In this document: piece by piece, positions 1 through 17,370 of the stretch
Numbering within the stretch: the stretch's first letter is position 1
Layout of the letters: every line of letters begins with the position of its first letter
Assembly (NCBI GenBank): GCA_964016885.1
Contig: OZ024754.1
Location: forward strand, 30,008,001 to 30,072,000
Length of the DNA stretch: 64,000 nt
Source: Eledone cirrhosa
Lineage: Eukaryota
Direction of reading: 5' to 3'
The notes under the pieces: model-generated
Told to the model about the DNA's origin: nothing
Database searches by the model: none
The model's input: the letters and a program-made list of their open reading frames with translations, nothing else
Made by a program: the position numbers and the translations under genes

Positions 1-2673
1 TTGACTTTACATACATACAATGTTTTGACTTTACATACATACAATGTTTTGAGTTTACATACATACAATGTTTTGACTTTACATACATACAATGTTTTGA
101 CTTTGCATACATACAATGTTTTGACTTTGCATATATACAATGTTTTGACTTTACATACATACAATGTTTTGACTTTACATACATACAATGTTTTGACTTT
201 ACATACATACAATGTTTTGACTTTACATACATACAATGTTTTGACTTTACATACATACAATGTTTTGACTTTACATACATACAATGTTTTGACTTTACAT
301 ACATACAATGTTTTGACTTTACATACATACAATGTTTTGACTTTACATACATACAATGTTTTGACTTTGCATACATAAAATGTTTTGACTTTACATACAT
401 ACAATGTTTTGACTTTACATACATACAATGTTTTGACTTTACATACATACAATGTTTTGACTTTACATACATACAATGTTTTAACTTTACATACATACAA
501 TGTTTTGACTTTACATACATACAATGTTTTGACTTTACATACATACAATGTTTTGACTTTACATACATACAATGTTTTGACTTTACATACATACAATGTT
601 TTGACTTTGCATACATAAAATGTTTTGACTTTACATACATACAATGTTTTGACTTTACATACATACAATGTTTTGACTTTACATGCATACAATGTTTTGA
701 CTTTACATACATACAATGTTTTAACTTTACATACATACAATGTTTTGACTTTACATACATACAATGTTTTGACTTTACATACATACAATGTTTTGACTTT
801 ACATACATACAATGTTTTGACTTTACATACATACAATGTTTTAACTTTACATACATACAATGTTTTGACTTTACATACATACAATGTTTTGACTTTACAT
901 ACATACAATGTTTTGACTTTACATACATACAATGTTTTGACTTTGCATACATACAATGTTTTGACTTTGCATATATACAATGTTTTGACTTTACATACAT
1001 ACAATGTTTTGACTTTACATACATACAATGTTTTGACTTTACATACATACAATGTTTTGACTTTACATACATACAATGTTTTGACTTTACATACATACAA
1101 TGTTTTGACTTTACATACATACACTGTTTTGACTTTACATACATACAATGTTTTGACTTTACATACATACAATGTTTTGACTTTACATACATACAATGTT
1201 TTGACTTTACATACATACAATGTTTTAACTTTACATACATACAATGTTTTGACTTTACATACATACAATGTTTTGACTTTACATACATACAATGTTTTGA
1301 CTTTACATACATACAATGTTTTGACTTTACATACATACAATGTTTTGACTTTGCATACATACAATGTTTTGACTTTGCATATATACAATGTTTTGACTTT
1401 ACATACATACAATGTTTTGACTTTGCATACATAAAAGGCTTTGACTTTACATACATACAATGTTTTGACTTTACATACATACAATGTTTTGACTTTACAT
1501 ACATACAATGTTTTAACTTTACATACATACAATGTTTTGACTTTACATACATACAATGTTTTGACTTTACATACATAAAATGTTTTGACTTTACATACAT
1601 ACAATGTTTTGACTTTACATACATACAATGTTTTGACTTTACATACATACAATGTTTTAACTTTACATACATACAATGTTTTGACTTTACATACATACAA
1701 TGTTTTGACTTTACATACATACAATGTTTTGACTTTACATACATACAATGTTTTGACTTTACATACATACAATGTTTTGACTTTGCATACATACAATGTT
1801 TTGACTTTGCATATATACAATGTTTTGACTTTACATACATACAATGTTTTGACTTTACATACATACAATGTTTTGACTTTACATACATACAATGTTTTGA
1901 CTTTACATACATACAATGTTTTGACTTTACATACATACAATGTTTTGACTTTACATACATACAATGTTTTGACTTTACATACATACAATGTTTTGACTTT
2001 GCATACTTAAAATGTTTTGACTTTACATACATACAATGTTTTGACTTTACATACATACAATGTTTTGACTTTACATACATACAATGTTTTGACTTTACAT
2101 ACATACAATGTTTTGACTTTGCATATATACAATGTTTTGACTTTACATACATACAATGTTTTGACTTTACATACATAAAATGTTTTGACTTTACATACAT
2201 ACAATGTTTTGACTTTACATACATACAATGTTTTGACTTTACATACATACAATGTTTTGACTTTGCATACATAAAATGTTTTGACTTTACATACATACAA
2301 TGTTTTGACTTTGCATACATAAAATGTTTTGACTTTACATACATACAATGTTTTGACTTTACATACATACAATGTTTTGACTTTACATACATACAATGTT
2401 TTGACTTTGCATACATAAAATGTTTTGACTTTACATACATACAATGTTTTGACTTTACATACATACAATGTTTTGACTTTACATACATACAATGTTTTGA
2501 CTTTACATACATACAATGTTTTGACTTTACATACATACAATGTTTTGACTTTGCATACATACAATGTTTTGACTTTACATACATACAATGTTTTGACTTT
2601 ACATACATACAATGGTTTGACTTTACATACATAAAATGTTTTGACTTTACATACATACAATGTTTTGACTTTC
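1..2673. repeat. 24-bp tandem satellite (TTGACTTTACATACATACAATGTT)n, about 111 copies, runs off the left edge
   Basis: Unit repeats with exact 24-nt period and only point variants. The LTLHTYNV ORFs are translations of the repeat. Confidence 0.98.
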
Positions 2674-3971
2674 ATCTGTACGCCAAGGTAATTCCTTGCT
2701 TACCAACTCAATATTTACAATGTTCTTTGGTTTATTTCCTTTCAACTTATATCAATTATTTGTTTGATAATCCATTTATTTATATAAATTGTTCCATACA
2801 ATCAACCCATTTGTCATTTTTGTATGCCAGCAAGCTAGATAATTTTCTTTAAGAGACTGGAATTGGTAAAGGTAAGCTTGCGTGAGAGTTGGAACCTCAC
2901 TAGATTTATTATTCCTCTGAGTGTATATTTTATGTGAAATTCTATTGTAGGTTGTGAGGAAATATGATTCGTTTGTTGTTTTCATTGGTGATATTTTATC
3001 ATCAAAGATACTGGAGTAAGAAATATCTTAATTTATCAACTTGTAGTTTATTGATGAAAAAAGTAGATATTTGTGCTACTGTTGCTCTAGTTAAGAGATA
3101 TACTATATATCGATAAATGTGAGAGTGATTCAACTATGTGTGTAACAATTCGATAATGGTATATTCTGGTACATAGAATTATATATGTAGCCGAGGCGGT
3201 GGAACTGGGGAGGGGGAACAGCTAACCCACTCCGTAAAATCGTAATAATAGCAGCCCGTCTGAGGAAGGAACTCCGTGAGGGGGGGCTGCAGCTCGTGTC
3301 TCTGATCATTGTTCGTGGAAATGCCTTTGCAATTTTGTCCGAGGAGCTCAGCCTAACATCGCTCTGATCTAGGTGTAGAGTCTGTCACCCTAAACCTATC
3401 ACCTTTCTTTTTCGCTTGCCTAATAGTCCGTGTTCTTTCCCTTCTTTTCCTCTCGTTTATGGTATTTATGCTCCTTTCCAATCCAGCTTTCTTTTTCTGT
3501 ACATTTTATCTATCAGTACTCTATATATGTCAAATAAATTATTGTAAAATTACAACGTGGAAGAGATATTTTAACGACAATAATATTTGTCTAGCAAATG
3601 ATTTGATCTAAAACAGCATATTGAAACTATAGCAATTACACATGAAACACATATAATCCATAATAATATTTCATTTATCCTGGTTTTCTATTGCATATTG
3701 TTTTACTTTTTCATTTGACTGAACTTTTATCTGAGACAAAAGTTTTTAAAGTTGTAATAGATACTGGAAAACAAAAGTATTGTCTTTGTTGACATTTGAT
3801 ATTTTTGTTAACGTAGAGTACAAAGGAAATTACAGCTGCAAGAGAGATGTTTCCATAGACTTGTAGAAGGAAACATCCAAGTGTCTTCGTTATTTAAAAA
3901 CGAACTGCGGTTCCGACATGAAGAATAAAAGAAAATATGATGTTGATTATTTATTGCTGAGGTGGTGTAAA

Positions 3972-4045
<74 letters not shown>

Positions 4046-4065
4046 TATATATATATATATATATA

Positions 4066-4232
4066 TATAACAAAGAGGGTGTGGTAAGATACCAGGTGGA
4101 GCATAACGCACCAGAGTACTCGATACTTGGGTTAGTACAGTGGGTAATATGAAAATATTCAGGACCCCGACGACTGAGCTCCGGCCGTTTCGACAGTTCT
4201 GATGTAGCTGTTAAGGGTCCAGAACCTTTTCA
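4066..4232. mobile_element. Short (TA)n-flanked interspersed repeat, family A (probable Penelope-like terminal fragment)
   Basis: Motif gtggtaag..accag.tgga.cataacgcaccagagtactc..gaccccgacg..gagctc..gccgtttcgac recurs at ~9922, 10462, 31193, 34345, 36085, 50400, 51300 and 57565, always next to (TA)n. Confidence 0.65.
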
Positions 4233-4293
4233 TATATATATATATATATATATATGTGTATATATGTGTGTGTGTATATGTGTGTGTCTTTGC

Positions 4294-4324
<31 letters not shown>

Positions 4325-4411
4325 TGTAAAAGAAAAACAAAAATGACAACACAGTCGGTACAGTATATGGACGGAATATATTAGGTTAACGCTTGAAATA
4401 ACAGGAAGAGC

Positions 4412-4448
4412 GTCCTAACGTTTCGGAATCTAGTCCTTCATCAGGAAC
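4412..4448 (-). ncRNA. Minimal type I hammerhead ribozyme motif
   Basis: Minus strand reads GTTC-CTGATGA-A-GGA ctagat TCC-GAAA-CG-TTA-GGAC. Stem I GTTC/GGAC, stem II GGA/TCC, palindromic AACGTT in place of stem III, as in Penelope-type minimal HHRs. Confidence 0.7.
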
Positions 4449-4643
4449 TGATTATATAGTATATTGCCAAATATACTATACACATATATTCATGTATACA
4501 TCGCTATTTCAGAGGAGCACAAATCCTAATTTTCAATGTTTGCTGGACCGGCAATCGTTCTCGATAATCAGTTCCTGCTTATTACTGGAATTCTATAAGA
4601 ATCCAGCATCTATAATTTTCAACAAACATCGTCGGCGAGTGCT

Positions 4644-4685
4644 AGCTCTGATGATCACCAACAGTGTGAAACAGATCGGTCAGCT
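4644..4685 (+). ncRNA. Type I hammerhead ribozyme motif (canonical CUGAUGA core, GUC site)
   Basis: AGCT-CTGATGA-T-CAC caaca GTG-T-GAAA-CAGATCGG-TC-AGCT. Flanks are homologous to the 32735-33220 element. Confidence 0.7.
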
Positions 4686-4836
4686 TATCTCCCTTTGTAT
4701 GTTGAAAAAAGGAGTTGAAAAAGCCATGATCGCATCAGAGAGCTTCTTAAATTATAAGGTTACGTTGTCGAGGCAATCCAAATTAAAACCACATAGGACC
4801 GGACAAAGATGATTTTCTTGATGCCTTCGCTCGTTC

Positions 4837-4871
<35 letters not shown>

Positions 4872-5849
4872 CACACAGACACACACACACACACTCACAC
4901 ACACACATATTGTTTGTCTTCCGACAATATACTATATGTAAATGGTATTTCACTAAATTTGGAAATAGTACAGAAATTTTGTTTTATATATATATATATT
5001 GTATTTTTTTTGTTTTTTTGTTTTGGGGTTTTTTTGGGGTTTTTTTCCTTCCTCTGTGGATGACAATGACGTATTTCCTCTGCTTGAAATTTGGTGGACT
5101 GGCCCGGACATGGACAGAATTAGTTGGAGATTTCACTGTAGAGAATGTAGAAAAATGTTCAGCGGAACAACTGATCTATGGTTTCCTACGAAGTGAGGGG
5201 TCTTTTTTGTTGTTTTAGTACGATGTTGTTTCTATCAAAATATTTATCTCTGTTATAGCAAGACAGTTTGATATATCGATAGAGCAATCGATATATTTTA
5301 ACACTTGGAAACTTACTCACATACATGCTTACACCCATAAAATGCGCACACACATGCACATGCACACACACAAACGGCCATGCATATATATATAGAGAGA
5401 GACAGAGAGAGAGAGAAATTAGAGAGAGAGATTGATAGATAAATAACTAAATCGATGCATACATACACACATACGTATATACATACACACATACATATAT
5501 ACATACACAGTTACATATATACATACACACACTTGTGATGGCTGCAAACTCTGATAAGAGTACTGCAATTGCTTGGAGGATTTTAGAGTTTGGTGCACTT
5601 TTAGGCTACAGCCAGTCACACAAACCTGTAACATATCCTGAACTAACAATGCCTGTGCTTTGGATGTTTTTTAAGTGTGGAAAGGTCTTGCACTTGACCA
5701 ACCCCACTCTCTGAGAACCGAAAACACTACTCGAAAAGGAGAACTGGGCAACATCATCGGATGCTTCCGATGCCGCAGGTTTTTTTTTTTCAGAGTTTCC
5801 CTCTCCTAGACATACATACACACATCTAATGTCTAAAATCTGTCTTGAG

Positions 5850-6092
5850 CCAGAAGGCTCATTTGGCCGGTGCTTATCCCGGTTTCATAGTGTGAAGCGA
5901 CTGAGAGTACAAAACTCCCCCCTGGACAGGACGCCGGTCCATCGCAGGGTTAAACCCCCAGATATTGCTGGTACTCATTACTGGAGCAATGTGAAATGAA
6001 GTGTTTTGTTCAAGAACACAACACATAAATCAAACCCCACGACATTATGATCGTAAGTCCAACACCCTTACCACTAGGCCACGTGCCTCCAC
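5850..6092 (-). mobile_element. tRNA-derived SINE with Nin/Deu-like central domain
   Basis: Contains ggtgcttatcccggtttcatagtgtgaagcgactgagagtac..ctcccccctggacaggacgccggtccatcgcagggtta, resembling the Nin-domain consensus from memory. The tRNA-like head on the minus strand is gtggcctagtggtaagggtgttggact. Confidence 0.6.
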
Positions 6093-6394
6093 ACATAACA
6101 TACATTCGCATATATATATATACGTGTGTGTGTGTGGTTATATTGAGGTTGACCAATATAGATCCTGGTAAAGATAAAAGAAGCTCTATGCTATCCAGTT
6201 TCCAACAGCAATTTAAAATTGGCTGAGGATGTTCTCAGCCGATGTAGATTCTGTTGTAGACTGTTAAGCCAGGGGCTGCTGAGCTAAACATTTATAAATT
6301 TATATAAGATACAGTAATAGAGTGAAAACAGCGATACTTTGCTTAAACTTTAATCTGTACTATTAATAAATAAATATATATATTTATATAGCTA

Positions 6395-8196
<1,802 letters not shown>

Positions 8197-8685
8197 AGCG
8201 AGAATCGTATTTCGGCTGGTAGAAAAAGCGAAACGAAACGCAAAATCGTAGAAATGCTGGCAAGCGGTCCAATAGTTAAGAAAAACTAGAGCCATACAAA
8301 CTGAAAAGTGGTCAAGAAGGCATTAACCACCTAAGCCAAAAAACAAGTCAAGCTAAACAGGTCAAACAAAATAAATGATATAAACATATACACATTTTGG
8401 TACAACATTAACGAAGCTTTAGGCTGCGGCTAAGCTAAGGAATGCAAATTCGGAATGTAATTTTAGCTCTTGATAGAGAATAATACCCCAGAGTAATAAC
8501 AATACGTTTAGACAGCTTTGCAAATCAAATATAGCAATCGGCAGTCCAGCCGCATTGCCATAGCAACGAAAATGATTGGACTCAGGAAAAGATTTTAGAC
8601 TGACCTGGACCATCGCGCGGAGACCGAATGCAACATATAATGCATATCGTATAGCATACGATATACATCACATACAATACACAAC

Positions 8686-8790
8686 ATCCACGCTAGGTTT
8701 CTGTAAATCCGAGATCGACTAATTCCGCTTGCAGGGGTCTGCAAGTTGGCCTTTGACGACAGAACAAAGGATTTACTTCGTCAACAAGTC
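8686..8790 (-). ncRNA. Degenerate hammerhead-like remnant with long branched stem II
   Basis: Minus strand reads TTGACGA-A-GTAAATCC...(internal hairpins incl. CTTGCAG/CTGCAAG)...GGATTTAC-A-GAAA-CCTAGCG-TG. Stem I and the cleavage triplet are not intact. Confidence 0.4.
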
Positions 8791-9023
8791 TTGCGTTCTA
8801 TAGCCTCAGCGGGTGTGTTCTAGCAGTAAATTTCGCTATAGGCACGTGGTTTTCTCCAAGGGAGGTAACCCCCGTTTTGGCGGTGAATTCGAAATTTGAG
8901 GCAAAGGAATGAAATTCCCGTAGACAAACCGAATTAAGCACTCAACCAGAAGTTATCAAACAAACATAAACAATTAATCAATCAATAGAATTGTCTAATT
9001 AAATTAATTATATATATATATAT

Positions 9024-9056
<33 letters not shown>

Positions 9057-9246
9057 AATATATATATATATATTTATGTAGATAGCAGCTGTTTTCAGGT
9101 TATGTAACTGTTATAGAAACACGTGTCAATAAATTCCTTTTAACTAAACTGTATCCATTAAAATCCTTCTATATTTATATAGATATAGATATACATACAT
9201 ATATACATATATATACATACAAACATATATATTTATATAGATATAG

Positions 9247-9280
<34 letters not shown>

Positions 9281-10042
9281 GTATACATAGAGATATAGAT
9301 GAGAGTACATGTACGTATATGTGTGTCTTTGTGTGATCTATATAATTATATATTGTTTTTGTTTTTTTCTCCTAGTATCTTACTTCCTTCACTTACCAGA
9401 CTTCAACCATGCTGGGGCTCCGTCTTAGCCATATCGATCATATACACCACTGCAATTCTATTTTAAAATTTGCTATTTATTTTATGGATCCCGTGCTTTT
9501 TTTTTACCTCTAATTTACGAAGTAGTGATAAATGGAACCTTGTCGTCGTCAGCCATTGACAAGTCATTGGTCAAACCGGGGCCGAGGCTATAATAAAAGA
9601 CTTTGTGGCTATAATAAATGACTATGTGTCTATTATTGGATTAGATATAGAACTACGTGGTCACAGTGAAATATATCTATATATGATGTTCGCTTGAGAG
9701 TCCATGGGTCTTGGTTCAATTCCGCTGTGAAGCTCCTTAGACCATGTGTCTATTCTAGTGCTAAGTTAGCTAATGCCTTTCCTGTGTGTGGGTTAGTAGA
9801 CGGAAATTGCAGATGCCCGTCGATTGGACAATAAGTACCCGATACGAAAATGTAAGTACTGGAGTCAATATGGTTTGCTAAATCATTGCGTAATGATTAT
9901 ATATATATATATATATATATATATAACAAAGGAATTGTGGTAAGGAACCAGATGGACTATAACGCACCAGAGTGGGAAATAGGAAAAAGTATGACCCCCG
10001 ACGGCAGAGCTCAAGCCGTTCCGACGGCTATTTCTGGACTAT

Positions 10043-10318
10043 ATATAACATTATTCAAAATATTAATAAATTAAAAATATTTTCATAACCAAAATATATA
10101 TTTTATTATACATATTTCAAAGGTACAATGGTGTTGCAGTACGTTTTCATCAGATAAAATATATGAGAGATTGGATATGCGACATACCGCTAAGGTTTTG
10201 AATATAGTAGTAGAAAACGTACTGAAACATCAGTGTACCTTTGAAATATGTATAATAAAATATATATTTTGGTTATGAGAATACTTTTCATTTATTAATA
10301 TTTTGAATAATATTATAA
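10043..10318. repeat. Fold-back inverted repeat (~105-bp arms) between (TA)n tracts
   Basis: 10046-10148 is the imperfect reverse complement of 10213-10316. Confidence 0.85.
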
Positions 10319-10407
10319 ATACTCCGATAAATAACTGTCGAGTGCTTCTAATCTATTCTAGAATTGAATTCGTTGAATAATCAACGAACCATATGAACTC
10401 TTGATTA

Positions 10408-10465
<58 letters not shown>

Positions 10466-10663
10466 CAAAGGAATTGTGGTAAGAAACCAGATGGAACATA
10501 ACGCACCAGAGTACTCAATACTTAGAGTAGAAGAGTATATGTATTTATTAAAATAACAGATTAAAGTTTAAGCAATGAATCGCTGCGTTCACCCTCTACG
10601 GTTCTTATATATTTGATATATATTTATCCCTCTTTGGATTTTAGTCTTCAAATTTATTATTAT

Positions 10664-10731
<68 letters not shown>

Positions 10732-11713
10732 ACCCCCTTCGCCCATGAATGACCATGGCATTTGCACCTAGAAAGTTTCCTTCCGAGGCACAAGTCCGGG
10801 GAAGGTTGTTTGTGGAAGACCAGCAGAGGCGGGCGGCGGGGGGAATTTGAGTTTATCATATTTATTTTATTCATAAGCACGTTTTACACGCTGAGATGAA
10901 CATATTCTGATTCTGATCTCCACTGCGTTAGATTAGCAAATTGATCCCAGAATCGAAGCTGATTGTAATCAGTAATGTCTCCGTGCTGGTCATTTGCGAA
11001 ACCCGTGTTAAACTGGTTCTTTGATCTCTCATTCTTAATATAACCACACAGCATATTGCGCCAGAAACAAACAATTGTCGGAGTTAATACGCACTTTTAA
11101 CACTGAATAATATGTTATTGCTCAGACAATGAATTTACGTGTGTGTCAATTTTCATTACAAACATTTGCATTGTATACAATTCCAACGAACGCCAGCTTT
11201 ATTTAAAATGTTATTTTCGTTCCTCTATCGTAAAGAATGAAGCGAAATCCATCAATTTAAAAATATATTTTTCCAAACCAGAATCTAACGATGAACATTC
11301 GGAGTGAATTGGGGATTTATTGTATCAACTGTCTAGATTATTTTCAGATTAATGCCGATAATATATTTACTTAACAACAGCAACAAGGTATAGTATTATA
11401 TGAGATATATCTCGAAATATGATATCGTTTCTGTTCAGGGAAATTCTTTTGATATATATCTTGTCAGATGAAAATACTTTTATAGACGATCTGCCAAATG
11501 AGCTTGGAAGCACAAATTGTTCTATAATATATATATATATATAAAGAATTAATATATCTAGTAACATATATATACACAGATGCATACTTATGCTAGCAAA
11601 TACATAGGTTTTGTCTTAGTAACTTTGTGGTTCAATGCATGGGGATGCAGAACAATAATATGAGAGACGTAAAATAAGAAAATTATAAAATTAACTTACT
11701 TACTAAAATTTCA

Positions 11714-11792
11714 CTCCAACTAATTAGTTTCTGAAAGGGAATAAACATAGCTTCCAAAGAAACGTACGGAGAAGCCTTTCGTCATCAGGGAA
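11714..11792 (-). ncRNA. Hammerhead motif, copy 1 of the 526-nt unit
   Basis: Reverse complement of the motif at 12757-12835. Confidence 0.55.
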
Positions 11793-12230
11793 GTCTATTC
11801 TCAGCTAAGTTTCCAGGCAATACGTGGACACAGGGAACTTATACAAAAATAATTCAGTGGATGGAAAAAAGCAAAGCGTGGACTAAATTCCAAGCCATTG
11901 AAAAAATCACTGCCTACTGCGTCGGTGGCAAATTCAAAAGAATCAGTCACGTGACATCGAGGTCAATCAGTGAAGAGTGGTTTGTTAAGAAGACAGCAGC
12001 CGGACTGTTACTATAGTAGCAGTTTTGGCCAATTTTTGCTCTACAAAGTAATTTGGAGATAATTATAAAGAATTAATATATCTAGTAACATATATATACA
12101 CACAGATGCATACTTATGCTAGCAATGGCTTGGAATTTAGTCCACGCTTTGCTTTTTTCCATCCACTGAATTATATTTGTATAAGTTCCCTGTGTCCACG
12201 TATTGCCTGGAAACTTAGCTGAGAATAGTC

Positions 12231-12309
12231 TTCCCTGATGACGAAAGGCTTCTCCGTACGTTTCTTCGGAAGCTATGTTTATTCCCTTTCAGAAACTAAT
12301 TAGTTGGAA
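12231..12309 (+). ncRNA. Hammerhead motif, copy 2 of the 526-nt unit (extended stem II, GUU site)
   Basis: TTCC-CTGATGA-C-GAAAGG..(CTTC/GAAG hairpin)..CCTTTC-A-GAAA-CTAATTAG-TT-GGAA. Stem III is palindromic (AACTAATTAGTT). Confidence 0.6.
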
Positions 12310-12756
12310 TGAAATTTTAGTAAGTAAGTTAATTTTATAATTTTCTTATTTTACGTCTCTCATATTATTGTTCTGCATCCCCATGCATTGAACCACAAAG
12401 TTACTAAGACAAAACCTATGTATTTGCTAGCATAAGTATGCATCTGTGTGTATATATATGTTAATAGATATACTAATTCTTTATAATTATCTCCAAATTA
12501 CTTTGTCGAGCAAACATTGGCCAAAACTGCTACTATAGTAACAGTCAAGCTGCTGTCTTCTTAACAAACCACTCTTCACTGATTGACCTCGATGTCACGT
12601 GACTGATTCTTTTGAATTTGCCACCGACGCAGTAGGCAGTGATTTTTTCAATGGCTTGGAATTTAGTCCACGCTTTGCTTTTTTCCATCCACTGAATTAT
12701 TTTTGTATAAGTTCCCTGTGTCCACGTATTGCCTGGAAACTTAGCTGAGAATAGAC

Positions 12757-12835
12757 TTCCCTGATGACGAAAGGCTTCTCCGTACGTTTCTTCGGAAGCT
12801 ATGTTTATTCCCTTTCAGAAACTAATTAGTTGGAG
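12757..12835 (+). ncRNA. Hammerhead motif, copy 3 of the 526-nt unit
   Basis: Same motif exactly 526 nt downstream of copy 2. Stem I is TTCC/GGAG. Confidence 0.6.
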
Positions 12836-12887
12836 TGAAATTTTAGTAAGTAAGTTAATTTTATAATTTTCTTATTTTACGTCTCCC

Positions 12888-14466
<1,579 letters not shown>

Positions 14467-14524
14467 ATACTCTGTTCTACGAGGGCAAAAAGTGCTCATA
14501 TGGCCTACCGCATCCAACACCAAT

Positions 14525-14609
<85 letters not shown>

Positions 14610-14786
14610 TTTCTCTCTCTCCCTTAGCTTTCGCCTCTTTTTCGTCTTTTCTTTCCCTCATAACATCCGTGACCTATAGTAAACAACTGATAAAAGGAAA
14701 ATGTCTATCTGTTGTTTGTTTTCCCCTAACTTACTAACACTAGTTATCAGTAACCACGCAGCATCGTCCCTCTCCATCCACATTTT

Positions 14787-14848
<62 letters not shown>

Positions 14849-15111
14849 CAAGCACAACGGGGTAGCGATGTAAATACATTAACCACGCAGCCATGGCGTT
14901 TTCCATGCCACTATATGACGTAGTAGTATCTTTGAAAAATCCATAATTCTATTAAAGATTGCCGTGTGTTGTAGAACTAATAAGAAATTGTATGCTAATT
15001 AAATCAGTGTACTAGAAAAGCTACATATAGTATAGCACTGAACTCAGCTGAATAACTGGATTATTAACTTGCAAGACATCGTCTTAAACGTACCCACTTT
15101 CCCGATGTCAT

Positions 15112-15294
15112 TGGATTGGCAGTATCGGTAGAGAGTCGGACACCATGCTTTCCAGCATAGTTACGTCCCTTTACGGTCTGAGTTCAAATCCCGCCGAGGT
15201 TTACTTTGCCTTTCATCCTTACGGGGTCGATAAAATAAAGTACCGGTAATGCACTGGGTAATTGCTGGCCTTGTGCCTAAAGTAGAAACAATTA
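15112..15294 (+). mobile_element. tRNA-derived SINE, family S (Meta-domain-like core)
   Basis: A box tggcagtatcggtag, B box gagttcaaatcc, core ctttgcctttcatccttacggggtcgataaaataaagtacc. More than 12 copies in the window. Confidence 0.85.
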
Positions 15295-15545
15295 TATTGT
15301 GCTGTGGACTATGAGATTTATAAATTTACATATTCAGATATGTATTAAAACTAAAGTAAGTTTATATATATATATATATATATATAATATAATAAATACA
15401 ATATCGGAGAAAGCTTTTTAGCAATACTCCGGCCAAATTCCAACTCACTCAACAAACATTAGGAAATAAGTGATTATATTCCCAATTATGTGTTCGGGGT
15501 GGTAACTAAAAGTATTGCGTGGAAAATATATCTAATATATCTCTT

Positions 15546-15672
15546 CCCAGACGGACGTCTCGTTTCATTATAGGACTCCTACAATTTGGGTGAAATTATA
15601 CCAATTTATGTAGGAGCTTGTATACCATCAATAGATATATATTCAAGTGGGCTCCTATAATTCATCAGTGGG
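15546..15672 (-). ncRNA. Type I hammerhead ribozyme with ~95-nt branched stem II, GUC site
   Basis: Minus strand reads CCCA-CTGATGA-ATTATAGGA...(CTCCTACA/TGTAGGAG hairpin)...TCCTATAAT-GAAA-CG agacgtc CG-TC-TGGG. All three stems pair. Confidence 0.75.
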
Positions 15673-16028
15673 TGCCCCAATAATACTAATATTGATAATC
15701 TAACCAACATCAGCATTTAGCGATAATCACTTTCTGTGCCTGAGGTATCTGTCAGGTAGCCAGTCCAGCAGTTCTGAAAGAAGTGCTTGAACTGATTCAA
15801 AAAATGAGGAAGTGAATTACCGCCAAAAACAACAATACATGCGCGTGACAATGAACTCTGAAAGGAATTCAGGCCACGTGCTAAGAACTCAATTGGAAAT
15901 TGAAAAAATATCTATGTGTGTACAACATTTGATGACACACACAGATATTTTCTCGGGCAAAATAACAGAATGAGATATAAGGAACAATCAATATTCATAT
16001 ATAAAAAATAAACAAAGAAATGCTAACC

Positions 16029-16070
<42 letters not shown>

Positions 16071-16871
16071 TATATACTTGTATATATGAACTATATATGT
16101 ATAGAGAGAGAAAGATATAGATATGTGTATATTTATATATATATATACATGTATATATGTATATAAAAATGTATATAATTACATACATGTACATATGTGT
16201 GCATATGTGTATGTGCATGTGCCTGTGTATTTATGTGTGCGTGTGTGTTTGTATGTGTATAAATATTGATTGGCTTCCTTTGTCGCTAGTTCAGCTATAA
16301 TTATTCGACTGCCTTTATTCCCACATAAGAGAGAGAGCGAGAGAGAGAGATAGGGTAAGAGAGAGAGACTGAGAGAGAGAGAAGGGGGGAAAGAGAGAGG
16401 GAAAGAGAGAGAGAGAGAGACTCAACAAACAAACGGAACTGTCTAATGATCACCAGTGTACGAATGTGATTTTCAGTTGTTTGATCAATGGTACAACCTG
16501 TTGAGCCTTTCACAGACTCATGTACCCTAATGTAATGACTAGAGAGCTTTAAGCTGGTAGTGTGTGACAAGATTGACTCTTTGAAGTATAGGTATATCCT
16601 GCAGACATTCCCACAGTCTTCTTCTGCCCTATTTGGCTCAGAATGTTTCGGTAATTCCGTAGCTATGATAAATGATACTTGACCAAGCCGCCACATTGTG
16701 AGATCGAATCTGGGAAGGCCATAACCGAAGCCTTCACCTTAACCAGCACATTATCGATCATCGCTTGTTGTGCACAGAGCACATGCTCAAATCGCCTACA
16801 CAACGAAACAAACATTCAAACAGTGAAAGACCATCTGGACATATGTATTGCCATATATCTATCTATTTATC

Positions 16872-16956
<85 letters not shown>

Positions 16957-16959
16957 CCT

Positions 16960-17009
<50 letters not shown>

Positions 17010-17082
17010 GATATATATAGATATATATATATAGTTATGTAATAAACAACATAAGATAATTAAATCATTTACCAGTGGTTTC

Positions 17083-17370
17083 TTGAAGACAGATATTTAT
17101 ATCTGTCTTCAAGAAACCACTGGCTGTCGGGAGCACTACATAGGACAAACTAAAAACAGTCTCCATCAACGTATGACCGTTCATAGATCCCAAATTAAAA
17201 CACAGGATTACAGAAACATAGCACTGAGTGAATACATTTTCACCTGCGCCTCTACTAAACAACCCAATTTCAGAATTTTTCCCCCCTACAAATTTAAAGA
17301 CAACGCTTCCTAGATTCAGCGAATTAACAAAGAATCATACTTTATCACTAAATCCTAACCCCGTTTAAAT
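17083..17370 (+). pseudogene. Penelope-like GIY-YIG endonuclease fragment with in-frame stops
   Basis: GCREHYIGQTKNSLHQRMTVHRSQI...*IQRINKESYFI..*PRLN. Downstream UTR holds a degenerate HHR (ATGAAGAA-GCC..GGC-TGAAA-CCGG-TA, 18151-18187) and AATAAA. Confidence 0.8.

Noticed and set aside
1-2673. Long LTLHTYNV/VCKVKTLY ORFs, or a CRISPR-like array
   Set aside because: Pure 24-bp tandem repeat with no unique spacers. The ORFs follow from a period divisible by 3.
3252-3405. CTGAGGA-AGG...CCT-AAAC-CTATC as a long-stem hammerhead
   Set aside because: The G of GAAA is missing and stems I and III are marginal.
6222-6300. CTGAGGA followed by CTCAGC/GCTGAG pairing
   Set aside because: No GAAA and no stem I. 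At best a very decayed remnant.
10125-10240. CTGATGA (minus arm) and GAAACATC (plus arm) as a hammerhead
   Set aside because: No stem II can be formed in either arm.
16440-16840. Possible Tc1 transposase remnant
   Set aside because: Similarity is too vague and no DDE motif or TIRs were seen.
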